A DNA stretch of 64,000 nt from Piromyces finnis finn (GCA_002104945.1 MCFH01000018.1:310001-374000), one strand, 5' to 3'. Positions 1 through 18,196 are shown, numbered from the stretch's first letter. The notes: generated by a model not told the origin, from the letters alone. Made by a program: numbers and translations.

Positions 1-567
1 CACTTCAAATTTTACATCATAATAATCATCAATAAAATTATTAAAATTATTTATTTGGTCAATATACTTACTGTAGATATATTGTTTATCTTGAATCTCA
101 TGTATAAATATATTGTTAATTGAAGAAATATTTGGCAATAAAATATAACCTTCAGGTATTGTTTTTTTTGTAAAATATTGTTGATATGACATTTCATTTA
201 TGTCTTTAATAAGTGTTATTCCCACAGTTAAATAATTTATTTTTTCAATATTATCATATTCAAACTTATAAAGACAAAATTTATTATCATAAAATTCATC
301 CATAGAATAATTATGTATGTAATGGTATCTCCTATCTATATTAAAATATTCGTTACTATTTCCATTATTAATACTTAACCTTATTGATTTAATTGATGGA
401 TTTCCTTTATATGATACTTTTATTTCCATATTATTGTTTGTCACATGATTAATTGAGATTACCCAAATTGCACCTTTACAAAAAAAATCTTTAGACTTAT
501 ATTCCTCATTAAGTTTTACTTGTGTCGTAAAAAAATAACTATTTATATTACTAATATTTATACTCAT
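1..567 (-). CDS. 5' part of a protein-coding gene running off the left edge (189 codons, absent from the ORF track); possible MATH/TRAF-like N-terminal domain
   Basis: Manual translation from ATG at 567 gives MSINISNINSYFFTTQVKLNEEYKSKDFFCKGAIWVISINH...DDYYDVKFEV with no stop for 189 codons in very AT-rich DNA. EYKSKDFFCKGAIWVI loosely resembles the MATH S-x-x-F-x-x-G-x-x-W pattern, so the domain call is weak. Confidence 0.7.
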   Translation of the reverse strand, partial: MSINISNINSYFFTTQVKLNEEYKSKDFFCKGAIWVISINHVTNNNMEIKVSYKGNPSIKSIRLSINNGNSNEYFNIDRRYHYIHNYSMDEFYDNKFCLYKFEYDNIEKINYLTVGITLIKDINEMSYQQYFTKKTIPEGYILLPNISSINNIFIHEIQDKQYIYSKYIDQINNFNNFIDDYYDVKFEV

Positions 568-3500
568 TTTGAAACAAATTTTATATTTACTAATATGTAC
601 AAATTTTTTATTTAATTTTCCAATTACTAATTATTAATTACTATTATCCTATCAACTTAAAGTTATATTACTATTTATATTTTTATTAAAATTATAAATT
701 AAATATTTATTATTACTACTATTATTATTATTATTACTAAAACCGTGTAATAATGTAATTCTATTAGTGATACTATACTACTACTGTAATTAATTAATTA
801 CTATTTTGCTTTTATTTATATTGAATTTTTCTATACTATTTAATTCTTTAATATACTAATTTTACTAATAAAAAGAAAAAATGAAGAAACAAAATTAAAT
901 ATAAATTATTTAAAAATACGCATATATATATAAAAAATAAATAAAAAAAACAATCTTCAAATATTATATATTTTAAACCAAAGATTCCCTATAATTACTT
1001 TTTATTAAATTTTTTTTTATTTTAATCTATATGACACTAAATTTTTTATCTTGTCTACTATATATTTGTCTATTTTTTTTCTTTTTCTTTTCTTTCTTTC
1101 TTTTTTTTTTATTATTTTTTTTTTTTTATTTTTTCTTTTTTTAAATTAATTTTTTATTTATGTAAATGAAAACTTTATATTTGAATTTCGGAATAAATAT
1201 TACTTAATAAAATTACTATTTTTATATATAAAAATGATAATAAATTAATAAATTCAATAATTCTTTACACCTTCTATTATCATAATAACAATTCAAATAA
1301 AATATATAATTATCTACTTTTGTAAAAAAAAAAAAAAAAAAAAAGTAAGCTTTTAAATATACAAAATATTACAAATATACTTTATTCTATTTTTCTTTTT
1401 TTGTTTACTAAAGTTATCATCAAATAAATGCTGAAATTATAAATAATACTAAAACTTTATAATTTTTTATTTAAATAAACAAATATATCTTCTTATATTA
1501 ATTCTAATTTTATTGTTGTGTTACAATAATTGAATACTTTTCTTTTTATTATTGTTACTGATAATGCTTTAAATAATTTATCTCCTCTCTATTATTTTAT
1601 TTTACTGTGTTTCCTTTAAAATAAATAATTGATTTTTATTCAAAGATTCATCATTTAATTTAATTTCCTATATTGAAGTTTTATTTTAATTAAAATAAAA
1701 AGGTGATCTTTTTTATTTTCAAATAAATATATATAAATATTTGAAATGTACAACATTTTAATTAAAATTGAAATTATGTAGAAATATGTAAAATTGTATA
1801 TTGTATATATTTTTTATGATAAATATTTTTTATATTAATCCAAAAATTTTTAATAATATAAATTATAAAGAAATAATATTCAAATTTATAAAAGTATCTA
1901 TTTATTAATTTATAGTTTTATTTATATCTACTTTTAATAATAATATTAATTTTTTATTAATAAAATATTTAAAGCTTATACAATATTTAAAATTATTTTT
2001 TCTAATGTATTATACTTTTTTTTTATTATTATTTATAATAAATATAAATTATAAGATTTAGTGAATTGGATTTTTAAGATTATAACAAAAGATAAATGAA
2101 AATTATTACATAAATACTATTCTTCACTATTTTATTGAAAATAACTAAATAAATAAAATAGAATATATATATAATTAATATAATTAACATAATCTATTTT
2201 GAATTTATGTAAATTATGTAAAAAATAAAATTTTGATTCTATATAAAAATTTTATACCATATATCATATAAAATATTAATAATTTTTTGAAAATATAAAG
2301 TATATGATAGATATTAGTTGTATGGAAAAGAAATAATAATAATAAAATTGAAATGTAACTTTTTTACATAATCATATTAATTTATAATAAAGAATTTCCA
2401 TTTTTTACTGAAATATATTATTTTGTTTTGTTTTTGTTTTTGAAAAAGTTTAAATAATTTTAATCAATAATTATTATCATCTCATCCCCATTTTTTCTTA
2501 ATAAATATATTTTCCGATAAGCAACAATAAATTTTAAAAAATTATTAATTATAAAGTGAATTATTAAAACGATAAAAAAATTGTTATAAAAAAACATACA
2601 TTTAATGTTCTTATTTTCAAATATACTCATTTTAAAATATTAAAAAATTATATTTTAAATAGTGAGCAATAAAATATAATTAAATATAATGTATAAAAGT
2701 AAGATGATAAAATATATATATGATAAAATAAAATATATAGTTTGAATCTTAATTTTGAGAAATTTACTATAAATTTTATTTATTTATATATATATTATCT
2801 TCTGGAAAATAAAATTCTTTCATTAAAATAGCCATTTTAATTAATAGCTATTATTTATAAGTAAATTAATAAATTTTAATAATATAATTATATAAAAGAT
2901 TGTAAAATATTTTATGTATATAATCATATGAATATTATTTAATATTATATCTTTGTTATATTGGTATTTCTTTTAATAAAAATAGATTTGAAACGTTATT
3001 ACTTTATTTCATTTATTTATTTATTTATTTATTATAATTAATGTCATTAAAAAGGAATTATTAGTTTCTAAGATTCGCATAGTATAAATATTATTTTGAA
3101 TCCAAGTGCAAGTGTTTTTTTTTTTTTTAATTCTTTTTAAAAAAAATAAGAAATGTTATTTTATAGGTAAATCGTAATTAAATATACGAATAATCATTTT
3201 TTACACTTTTGATCTTTTATTATTAAAAACAATTAAAAGTTATAATTTAATTATTATTTATCTTCAATGGAAAATAAATAATTAAATAATTAAAATGTAT
3301 CCCTTTATAATTTTTTTGTGGAACTAAATATATTATTTAGGTGAAACAGATTTATATTCTTTAAACCTTATTTATAATATATATAAATTATTCATGGTAC
3401 ATAATAAATAAAAAAAATGTACAATAAAAAAAATTTCTTTTGTATAAAAGTTAATGTTGATTTAAATAAAAAAATATAAAAATTGTTTTTTTTTTTTTTT

Positions 3501-6092
3501 TTTTATTTTTGTTCTATAAATATTTACATGCTAGTTTAATAAACAAAAGATTTTAAAACATTAAATATTGAAAAACTTTTATTGAGATTATTGAGATTAA
3601 AATAAGAATATTATATTACAGCTTTAATTGATTTTATTATTGTTATATTTTTAATTAAAATCTTTTTATATTTATATTAAAAGTTAGTAATAATATAAAT
3701 AGGAGGTATATAGCATATATTGACTATTGTATTATGTATCAAAAATATATAATATTAAAAAAAAAAGATAAGGAGTAATTTTAATATTGAAATGTTTTGA
3801 ATTTATATTATTTTCTATAAAATAGAATTTTAATTTTTTATTGGTTTATTAGAAAAGTTTAATGTAAAAGCGTTACTTTTTTATTTGACTATAGTATTTA
3901 AAAAAATTCAATTATTTATTATAATAAAAGTTTTGTGAAGATTGAAATAAAATAAGAACTAGTTTTTTATAAATAATGAAATATCATAATTTTAAATATA
4001 TTTATATTATCATAATAATGTAAAAAATGTCTATTTTTATAATATTTCTATGTATATTAAAATATATATTATTGGTGAATAATTATTATAGTGGAAAAAT
4101 TTTTCATTTATGATAAACTTTATTATATATTAAAAATTTAAGAATTTCAAAAAAAATTTTTTTTTAATATTTTTATTAATCCTAAATAAATTTAAAAAAT
4201 ATTAATACTAATAGAATAAACTTTTTAAACTCCTTTTTTTTTTTTAAAAAAATATATATATATATTTATTTGCTATATAAATTTTTATTTATTATCTTTA
4301 TAATATTTAGAAATATAATAAGAAGAGAAAGACAACATTTAATATAGATTAAATTAAAAATTTATGGGACAATATTTTAACTATATTATAAAATTTTCCA
4401 TATCTCCAATAATTCAATAAAATAAACGATTATGAATATTTTTTCTATTATTAAATACTCATAAATATTATTATTAAAAATGTAAAGTTATTATTATATC
4501 ATTCATTTGCTTTTGGAATGGTATATATAAATATAAAAATAATTTAATTATTAAATATTAAATATATTTATTCTGAAACTTTTTATATAGAAACTTAAAC
4601 TTCTTAGAAAATCAAATTATAGGGAAATCAATTTTAGGAAAATATATTTTTATAGGAAAATTACTTTTATAGGGAAAAAATCAAATTATATATATTGTAG
4701 AAATTATGATTTTTTAAAGCTTTTTCTTTTTTCTATCAAATATTAATACACAATATACAATTATAAAATAATAAGGATTTAATAAATATATAATTATTAA
4801 GTTAATATTTTTTAATCTATACGATATGATATGAGAGTGTTAATATTTGTTTCATTACAGACTTTAAAAAATATCATAAATTAAATAATTTAATAATACT
4901 AATAATATTAATAAAAAATGAGACAACTAATGATAAAGCATGGTTTTTAAACTTTAAACATAAACCTAAAAATAAATTTTTCAGTTTATTTTTATCCAAT
5001 TTATAAAAAAACTTTAATTCGGATATATTAATGCTTATTTCCAATTATACAATTACATATATATCATATATGCATATTTTTTTTTTTAAAAAAAAAGAGT
5101 AAATTAATTAATAATTGGTAAAAACTATTAATTTTTTTTTATAAACATAATAAAGTTGGTAAATCATAAATTTAAAATTTATTTTTGTTTTACTTTTTAA
5201 GTAATAATTAAAAACTATAATAATTATTTTTATATCATCCTTTTTAAATTGCTGTGTAAAATATTTAATATTTAGTAAACAACAAAAAAACAAAAAAAAA
5301 TTATAAAATTATATGTGCTGGTATTAACTTTTATTTTTAATAAATCTTCCATTATAAAAGATAAAAATATAAAAAGAAAATTAAATTATCTTTAAATATC
5401 TTACTAATTATAATTATATAATTATACTTTTAATAAAAATTTTTATATTAATTTGTTGATATTAATATTATTAATCATATAACTGAGAATTTTATAAGAA
5501 AAAGAATAAATCAATTGTAACTTATTGTTTATAACTATTCTAATGATATTACTATATAATAAGTTATACAACATATTTTTAAATATTTGTTATATCAGAA
5601 AATTTTTATAAAAAAATTTTTTTCAAAATTTTATAAATTTAAATTTTAATTAATAATATATTAAAGTTTAAATCTAGTGAATTATTATAGCACTTAAACA
5701 TTAAAAATACATTTTCTAAAATATTTAAAAAATATTTATTACTAATTTATATTAGTATATTCTATCATCTATTATATATGTTAATAAGAATAATTATATT
5801 TTTATACCCTCATTAATAAAAAAAAATTTATAGAATATGTTATAAAAAATATATATAATTCAATTAAAAAATCATTCTAATTCTCTAGTTTTATTTTACT
5901 TATTCTAGAAGATTAATATTTTATATTTATACTAACTTTATATTAACTTTTATTATAGGCTTAACAAAAATAATGATTAAGAATAAATGATATATTAAAA
6001 GTGTGTTGATTTTTATACAAACAATAGATGGCATAATCTTCCAATTCCAACCATCTTTTTATTCTTTTTATCTTTTTTATTTTATTTAACCA

Positions 6093-6191
6093 TTAATTTT
6101 TAATATTCATAATAGATTATTATAAGATATAAACTTTTAATGTTTAATTTTTAATATTCATAATGGATTATTATAAGATATAAACTTTTAA
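6093..6191. repeat. Tandem duplication, 51-bp period, 2 copies
   Basis: ttaatttttaatattcataat(a/g)gattattataagatataaacttttaa occurs at 6093 and 6144 with one mismatch. Confidence 0.8.
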
Positions 6192-8360
6192 GATATGTAT
6201 AAATTAACTTAAAAATAAAATTTCATTTTAGTTTTATATAAAATAAACAAATATAACACTTTTTGCTATTTTATCATTATATATTTTTTACTTTATTATA
6301 TGAACTTTTTTATTATATGAATCACAATTAAATTTTATAAAACGATAACATTTCATATAATAAAAAGTAAAAAATATATAAGCATTGAATTGATAATGAT
6401 GTAGTAGCAATTATTTTTATTATTAAATTTTATAATAAATTAAATTATTTATTAATTTATTATGGAAAAATTGGAAAAATAAAATGAATAAATAATAATT
6501 ATAATAAAAAACAATAGAATTAATATATAATTGTTCAATAATTACAATATATAATACATATATATAAATATTTTATATTTTCCATTTAGAACTTTAATAC
6601 TAATCTATTGTGACTTCATTTTATTGATAAAATTAGAAATAGAATATAACTATTTAAATTTATTTATAGTTGAAAATATTGAATAAAATCATTAATTTTA
6701 TTTTCATATTATTTAAACTTTTATATTATTATATATTTTTTTAATTATCATGATTATCAAATAGTAGTATCTTATTCTACTACAATGAATTAAGAATAAA
6801 ATTATTTATATTTTTTTTTATATTCCATATATCCATATATATAGAATAATGTTATTAAGGATAATAAGCTTAAAATTAAAATATAAAATTTAACTATAGT
6901 AAACCATAATAATAATAATGATAATTAATATTATTATTTTAATATAAAATTTAATATAATCTTTTTTTTTCCTTTTTTTTTTTTTTTTTTTTTTGGAATA
7001 AATTATTTGAAATATTATTTATATTGTACTAGATAAAAATAATAATAAATAAACTTTTAATATTGGAAGAAGTACAATATATATTAAAATAAGTTTAATA
7101 ACTATAAACTTGTAATATAATATTAATCAGTGGTAATTATATGTTATTAAAATAATAAAAACTGTAAAACTTAATTTCATTTCATCTCATTATCTCATTT
7201 AGAAAAGTTTATAAAATATAAGTCTAAAACAATATGTTTAAGGTTACAATATATTTAAAATGTATTGGTATTATATAGTATGATTGAAAAGTTTAAATAT
7301 TATATTTTAAAAACTTTTTTTTTTAAAAAAAAAAAAGTTTTTTATTGTATTATAATATTAATTATTGTAACTATATCCGGATAATAAGTTAAATATAATA
7401 TTTATACTTGATGATATATAAAATTTTTATTTTTAATATAAATAAATATACATTTTATTATTTGATATATATAATAATATATTAAGCAATATAATAAATA
7501 AATAGTTAATATATGAAAGAAGGAAAAAAGGAAAAAAAAAAGAAACAAAAATATTAAAATTTATATATTAATTTAATATACAAATTAATTTGTTATAACC
7601 AGAGTAAAAATACTTATTAATTGAAGGATAAAAACTTTAATATTTATATTAATAAAATTCTATATATATTGGTGATATTCTCTAAAAATTTAATTTTTTT
7701 TTTCTACTATATATATAGATATAGAAAAGTATCAGATTTGAAATAAAAAGGAGAAAGAGATAATAAACAATAAAAACACTATTTAACAAAATAATTTTGA
7801 AAAAAGAGTTATAAGAAACACATAATATAAACAAACATATATAGCATATATATTTTTAATAAAAACAATTAAACAGTAAAAGATTTTTATAAAAAAATAT
7901 AAAGTTAAATAATAAGAACAAGTATTATGTCAAAAAATATCATCAATAAGCATATATAAATATATATATTAATAAATATTAAATTCAAAAAATTACAATT
8001 ATTGAATTAGTAAATATAATAAAATACAATTACTTCAGCTTCAAAAATTTAAATTTATGTGTATAATTAAATATAATTTTAAAATCTAATAATATATAAC
8101 AAATATATTTAAGTTTTATATCTCTTAAAAAAGGTACATATATTTTTATTTTAAAAATATTTTATATAAAAATAAAAATATAAAACTCAGATAATTTTTA
8201 TTTAAATAAATTGAAATTATAATTTTGACTTTACATAAATTTCATAAATTAAATTTACTGTTTTTTTATGATATCTTAAAAACCAATTAATCATAAAAAC
8301 TGAAATATTAATATTATATTATATATTTATTTACTTACGTTAAGATAAAATAAAACGATA

Positions 8361-10943
<2,583 letters not shown>

Positions 10944-12211
10944 AATTATCGTCAATAATAAATATCAAAGCGCTTTCTTTTTTTAAATGTTTATTATTTA
11001 TATCCCAATAAATTAAAAAAATGTTTTTTTATATATTGTTTTAATATTTATATGAATTTATTTTTTATAATACAAGTTATTCTGAATAACAACTATTAAT
11101 CGATATAAAAAAAAAATAATAATAATAGTACATTCTACCATAGACTTATTATAAAATTAATAATAAAAATTAATAGCAACAATATCACATTTTAATTATC
11201 AATCCTTTTTAATTTTTAATATTTAAAGTATACATTCATTAAATCAATTAATTATACTGTCATTGTATAATTATTAAAATATTTTCAAGATTTTATATTT
11301 AAAATGTCATAATTATCAATTATCATTATTTATTTCTAATTTAATAATTAATAAAATAAATAATTTTAGTTTATTTATTTAAAAAATAAAAATAAAAATA
11401 TTTGAATTACTTTATATAATTTATTAATGTACTACTTTTATTAAGTAGGCTTTTTTTTTTTTAATGATTTTTAATGATTTTCTAAAATTTGATGTTTACT
11501 TTTATTCTAAATAATTTAATTAGTTCTTCTATATATATATTGTTTGTCATAATGAATGTTTTAAACTTTGATACGTTTATTCATACCTTTTTTATTATTT
11601 TCTTTGGAATAAAGCCAACTAAATTTTTTAATGAAAAAAAGATAATTTACATACTTTCACAAATTTCATTATAGCCAAAAATTCTACAATAAATAATAAT
11701 ATTTTATTTTATTCATCTGTGTATATATTGTTTTTTATTGTCACTTAAATTTAAAAGAAAATGCTATTACTTTATTCTCATAATTATTACTAAGTTACTT
11801 CTGTATTCATTAAATTTAAATTTCTGTAATTTCTCACTTCTTATAATGCTATTCTTTTAGTTATTATATTAATAAAATATATCCTTTTTAATTTTGGCTT
11901 TTTATATTTATTTGAAAAATATAATAATAATAATAATAAACCAAAAAATTGACCATACGTCTAGATATTATCAATATTAATAGTATTTCAAATTCTATTT
12001 TTAAATAACCATAAAGCTTGACAAATTCCAAGTTAAAAATTTTTTTTCAAAAACTTTTTATACTTTATTTAAGTTATAATTTTATTTAATAGTTAAATTA
12101 TGTAAATTATTTATTAATATTTTTTAATTTTATATTTTATATGTTAAAGAATAAGAATACTAAATAATATTTATAAAAAAATAGAAAAAGGTTTACTGTT
12201 TGATTTTACCT

Positions 12212-13582
12212 ATGATTCAAATTAAATATCAAATTTTGCTTTTTCAATTTTTAATTATTGCACTTCTCTATATTAAGTCAATAAATTCTATTTCAATTAA
12301 TGGAGCCAAGTTAGAAAAGCATGTTGCATCGAAGCCAAACAATCAAATTAGAATTGAACCCAATACCAATGATAAAATTTTTTTTGAGGAAAATAAGAAC
12401 GAAACAATATTTACATCTGAAAAAATACCTGTTAAATATTGGAGAAATAAGAAAAAGGAAGCACTACAACAAAGAATTGAAAATGAAATAGATTATAATT
12501 CTTCCTCTACCATAGTAGTAACATCGAATAAATTTAGATTTTATGATCAATTAAATTCAAATGAAAAACAAATATATGATATATTATATGCTAACTCAAT
12601 TAAACCAGAACCTAATTTAGAAATTACTATAGTTATTTCAAAAATTACAGATATATATGCTTTTATTGATGAATTAGTTATCTCTGCGGAAAAAATATTT
12701 ACAGTACTATCATATGAAAACCCAGAACTTTGGTGGATTGGTACATACCAATTTGTTGTATTGACTACACAATCTATTGATCAATATATTGTAAACTTTT
12801 ATACTATTCCTGAAGATTCCACTTTTTATGGTTATAATAGTACTGATATTTATTATATAAATCAAGAAATTGAAAGTGAAAAGAACAAAATTATGGATAA
12901 TATTTCCAATCTTAATATTACCTCACCTTATGCAATTATGAGATACCTTCATGATTATTTAATTACTAATATTGTTTATACTTTGGATGAAAATAAAAAG
13001 CATATTAGAACTTTATATGGGGCACTTGTAGAAAATGAATGTGTTTGTGAAGGTTATTCAGAGGCTTTTCAATATCTTACTCAACAATACGGAATTAATT
13101 GTATAGTTGCCAGGAGTTCAACTCACGAATGGAATTTTGTTGAAATAAATAATAAATGGTATATTATGGATGTAACATATGATGATCCAATGATCAATGG
13201 TGAATATACACCTTCTGGTTTAAATGAAAATCTTAGATTAGACTATTTTTTAATTGGTACTGATGATAAAGTTACTAAAAATTCGAAATATTATGAAGAA
13301 GTAAATCACATTTTAATATATTCTGGCTTTAGTGACAAGGAAATGGTAACCTACCCAAATATTGAAAAAACATATTATGTTCCTTCAGATATGGAATTAA
13401 ATGAAATTTTTTCAATGGATCTATCTTCACCCTCTACATATTCAAATATAAAAACTATGTATGATAATAATAAGAATAGTTATAAAAATAACGAATATGA
13501 TAGTAGCGGTTATACTTTAAAAATATATAAATCATTATCTATAACTATGAGTTTAATAATTTTATTTTTGAGTTTCGTTTAA
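12212..13582 (+). CDS. Secreted transglutaminase-like (papain-fold Cys-His-Asp) protein, paralog 1; single exon, hydrophobic GPI-signal-like tail
   Basis: Hydrophobic N-terminus (first ATG 12212). VCEGYSEAFQYL, STHEWNFVE and WYIMDVTYDD give a transglutaminase-core triad. Ends ...SSGYTLKIYKSLSITMSLIILFLSFV. Confidence 0.85.
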   Translation: MIQIKYQILLFQFLIIALLYIKSINSISINGAKLEKHVASKPNNQIRIEPNTNDKIFFEENKNETIFTSEKIPVKYWRNKKKEALQQRIENEIDYNSSSTIVVTSNKFRFYDQLNSNEKQIYDILYANSIKPEPNLEITIVISKITDIYAFIDELVISAEKIFTVLSYENPELWWIGTYQFVVLTTQSIDQYIVNFYTIPEDSTFYGYNSTDIYYINQEIESEKNKIMDNISNLNITSPYAIMRYLHDYLITNIVYTLDENKKHIRTLYGALVENECVCEGYSEAFQYLTQQYGINCIVARSSTHEWNFVEINNKWYIMDVTYDDPMINGEYTPSGLNENLRLDYFLIGTDDKVTKNSKYYEEVNHILIYSGFSDKEMVTYPNIEKTYYVPSDMELNEIFSMDLSSPSTYSNIKTMYDNNKNSYKNNEYDSSGYTLKIYKSLSITMSLIILFLSFV

Positions 13583-14429
13583 ATTTAACAATAAAACATT
13601 TTTATATATTTTCATTTTCTAATATTTAAATTGTAATATAACATAACACATAGATTTTTTCTAATTAATATTTATTATGTAGATTAACATTAAATATAAA
13701 AGAAATAACATTATAAGAAATAAAACTTTAATAAAAAAAATAAGAAATATGCTTATATAATAGAAGAATATGATCTTACTTTATATTTTTATACTGAAAA
13801 TAAATTTAATAGAATATAGTTAATATGTGATAATTATAAAAATATATATTTTTTATTTTTTTTATTCAATTACTTATTTAGGAACATTTAAAAATACACA
13901 TTAAAAAATTCTATAAAGATACAAATATATATTATATTTCTCATATATTAAAATACTATATTTATTTATTTTCGCTTTTCAATTATAAATAAAAAATATA
14001 TAAGAATTTATGATCATATTCTTATTTTTTACCAAGAAAAAATTTATCATTATGTTTTTTTATGCAATGAATAAACCTTTTATAATATAAAAAATAAAAA
14101 TACACTACCTTAAAAATTTTAAAATAATATAAAAACATTTTTAATATATTAAAACACTACGCATTACTTAAAAAAAAAAATAGCTATTGTTTCAATATAA
14201 ATATCTAGAAAAAAAATTTAAATTATTTAAAGTTTTTATATTCTATTATTAATGGTCATGTATATATTCATATAAACTATTAATAATTAATTATGAAAAT
14301 ATGAAATAAACTTTATTAATATATATAAATAATTTTGATTATCAAATATTAATTAAAAAAATAATATATAAATCAAAAAAAAAAAAAAAAAAAAAAAATA
14401 CTTATTTATAATTATTTGAAAGAAATAAA

Positions 14430-15931
14430 ATGAATCGAATAAAAGATAAAATATTTAATATTCTATTATATATATTCTTTTTTATAAATATAGTATGGGG
14501 TAATACTGAAACTCCAAAACTAAAAAAAAAGCATCAATCAAAATCTAATAATGCATTAATAATTGAATACTATGAAAATAGCAATGAAATTAATAATGGT
14601 AATTTACTTTTCAAATCAAAAATCACTCCTATTAAATATTGGGAAGATAGAGAAAAAACCGAATTAAAAAGCAATTTAAATCAAAATGATGAAGTAAATG
14701 TTAGCTCTCTTTCCTCCAATAAATTTACCAATTTTTATGATCAATTAAATGAAAATGAAAAACAATTTTATAATATTATTTATAAAAGTTCCATAAAATC
14801 ACCCCCAGATTTATCCATAAATATCATTGTTTCTGGAATTAGAAATTTAGATTCATTTTATGACGAAATATCAGAATCATCTGAAAGATTTTTTACTGCA
14901 TTAGCATATGATAATCCTGAACTCTGGTGGATTGGTACTTTTTATATTAGTATAAATTCAAGTATTAAAAGATATCAATATATTGTATCCTTTGATCTTG
15001 CTCCGGAGAATACATTGTTCCACGGAATAGCAGATGAAAAAATTATCGAAATAAATGAAGAGATCGAAGATATCAAATATGATATTATGAATCAAATTTC
15101 TAATTTAAAATTAACTACAAATTATGCTATTTTAAGATATATTCATGATTATTTAGTAACTAAAATTATTTATACTTTAGATGAAAGTATGATTTATATA
15201 AGAACTTTGTATGGTGCTCTTGTAGAAAATAAATGCGTATGTGAAGGTTATGCCGAGGCATTTCAATATATAGCACAACAATATGGAATTAATTGTATTA
15301 TTGCTAGAAGCTCTGTTCACGAATGGAATTTTGTTGAATTGAATGACAAATGGTATGTTGTTGATGTAACTTACGATGATCCAATAATTAGAGGAGTAAA
15401 TTTCCCATCTGGATATAATGATAATCTTCAACTAGACTACTTTTTAACAGGAAAAGAACATAAAAGTGACTATAGCTTAAAATATTCAGAAGATCCTGAC
15501 CATTTCTTAGTTTATTCTGGATATAGTGATAAATACATTATTAATTATCCTGAAATTGAAGATTCAGATTATATGCCAAATACATTAGAATTACAAGAAA
15601 TTGATTTAATTGATTTATCAAATATAACAAATTCAGGTAATTTATAAACAATAAAAGAAAAGAAAAAAAGTGATACACAATTTAATCTTATATCAAATTT
15701 TATAACTTAACAAATTTAAAATTTAAATATTAACTAACTATTATATTTAATTGTTTTTATAAAAATAATTTAATATTAGATCCATTTCACTATTCAGAAA
15801 TGAATGATTCTAATTATAATAAAACTAATGATGACAGCACAAGTAATAGCAACAAAGCCAATAATAAATTATATATAGTTAATATATTCAGTTTGTTAAT
15901 TACATTAAATATATTATATATATTATTATAA
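14430..15931 (+). CDS. Secreted transglutaminase-like protein, paralog 2; exons 14430-15636 and 15780-15931
   Basis: Same VCEGYAEAFQY / VHEWN / DVTYDD motifs. A phase-1 GT-AG intron with a CTAAC branch point joins exon DPFHYSEMNDSNYNK...LYIVNIFSLLITLNILYILL*. Confidence 0.85.
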
Positions 15932-16286
15932 AAATGCATACAATAAATAAATATAAATTTTAATTATTCTTATAAATTATATAAAAGTATATACATTAAA
16001 ATAAAAATCTAAAATTTAAATATTGAAATATACTGTATTAATTCATTATTTTCTTCATTAAACATAACATTATTTTTTTTATTTATTTTATTTTATTCTA
16101 AAAAGTAACATTATTTAAATTTAAAAATAAAAAACTAATCGGATAATATATAAAACTTTAATAGTACTATAAAAATTTTATTTAAATATAAAATAGAAAA
16201 TTATATTATTATAAAATATATTAAATTATATGTTATTAAAAATATATACATCATTGATTATTAAATAAAGAAATATATACTATATA

Positions 16287-17843
16287 ATGATATTAATAAA
16301 TAATAAAGTATTAAGGATATTATATAGTTTTTTACTTCTTAAATATTTTTTAATATGGAGAGTACTATCACAAAAAATATATATAGATGACAATGATAAT
16401 AAAAAAATGAAAATTTTTCAAAATAAATACAATGAAATAGACGAAATAGAGAATGAATATAATGAAATATTATATGATGATTATGAAAGAAATGAAATCT
16501 ATTATGTAAATGAAGTTTTCGATTCCGAAAATGAAAATGAAGATAAAGATAGGTTAATTTTTAAATCGAAAAAATTGCCAATAAAATTTTGGGAAGATAA
16601 TGAAAAAGAAGAATTTTACAATCAAGTCAAACAAAATATAACAAAAAGTAATGATAATGATGAAATTATTGACATAACAATCGCTTCAACAAATTTTACT
16701 TTTTATGATCAACTTACTTCTAATGAAAAAAGTTTATATGATATAATTTTAAAGGCATCAACTAAAGAAGTCCCTAAAGTAAATATTAAAGTATTGGTAA
16801 AAGGTGTAACAAATTTAGAAAAATATATAGCAGATATAACTATATCTGCTGAAAAACTATTTACAGTATTAGTGTATGAACACCCAGAATTGTGGTGGAT
16901 TGGGAATTATCAAATATCTATTTATGAAACTGATGATATAAATAATTATACCATTACATTTATATTACTTCCTGAAGGTTCTATTTTTTATGAATATACA
17001 AAAGATAAAATTTCTCAATTGAATTCTGAAATTAAAAATATCAAAAATGAAATTATTTATCAAATAGACTATTTAAAATTAAAATATCCATATTCAATAA
17101 TAAAATATATTCATGATTATTTGATTATAAAAATTGAGTATGTATTAGATGAAGAACGGAAACATTTAAGAACATTATATGGTGCCTTAGTTGAGAATAA
17201 ATGTGTTTGTGAAGGGTATGCAGAAGCATTTCAATATTTAGTGCAACAATATGGAATTAACTGTTTAATTGCAAGAAGTTCAACACATGAATGGAATTTT
17301 ATTGAACTAAATGATAAATGGTATGTTATTGATGTTACATTTGACGATCCATTAAAAAATGGTCAAACTGTTCCCTCCGGTTCAGGTTCAAATATAAAAT
17401 CAGATTATTTTTTAATTGGTACAGAACATTCTTTTAAAACAACTAAATATTCTGATGAGATTGATCATATATTAACTTACTCTGCATATAGTAATCAAGA
17501 AATGGTTTATTATCCAAATATCGAAAAAAATGACTATATTCCTAGTAATTTAGAACTTCAAGAGTTGAATTTAATCGATTATTCAAATATCACAAATGGT
17601 ATTTAAAATTTTTAAATTTCATATTTATATATACATATATTTAATAAAATGATTAAACGAAACATTTTATTAACTTTATTTTATATGGTTATCATAAATT
17701 TAGAATCGTTTGATATAAATGATCCAAACTATAACAATAAAAATGAAGACACTAGTTCTTACACAAATAAAATTTGTTTATTTAATAATCTATTCATTTC
17801 TCACATAATAACATTTTATTTATACAAAATATTAAAAGAATAA
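16287..17843 (+). CDS. Secreted transglutaminase-like protein, paralog 3; exons 16287-17598 and 17704-17843
   Basis: VCEGYAEAFQY / THEWN / DVTFDD. A phase-1 intron at the same position as in paralog 2 joins ESFDINDPNYNNK...ICLFNNLFISHIITFYLYKILKE* (track ORF 17649-17843). Confidence 0.85.
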
Positions 17844-18196
17844 ATTTATTACACATATAAAAACTATCTGTGTATTATTTTACTAATGTTTTTTATTTAT
17901 TTATTTTTCGAATTACAACTAATCATTATTATAATAATATAATATTTCTAAATAATAATTGCTTTACATAAAATTATTAAATATTAATTTTATTTTAAAA
18001 AGTTTATAATAAATAATATTTATAACTTAAAATATATTTATATAATTTAAATATTTTACTTTATTAAAATAAAAAATATAAATAAATAAAAAAAAAACAT
18101 TCATATATATAATTATAAATTATATATATACTTTATAAATTAATATTGCATTTTCATTTAAGGTTTATTTATTTATGTTAATTAAAAAATTATATA

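Noticed and set aside
600-8340. Hidden genes or elements in the long AT-rich spacer (including ORF 5108-5293)
   Set aside because: No convincing ORF, terminal repeats or GC-richer blocks were found by eye. Small exons cannot be excluded without RNA data.
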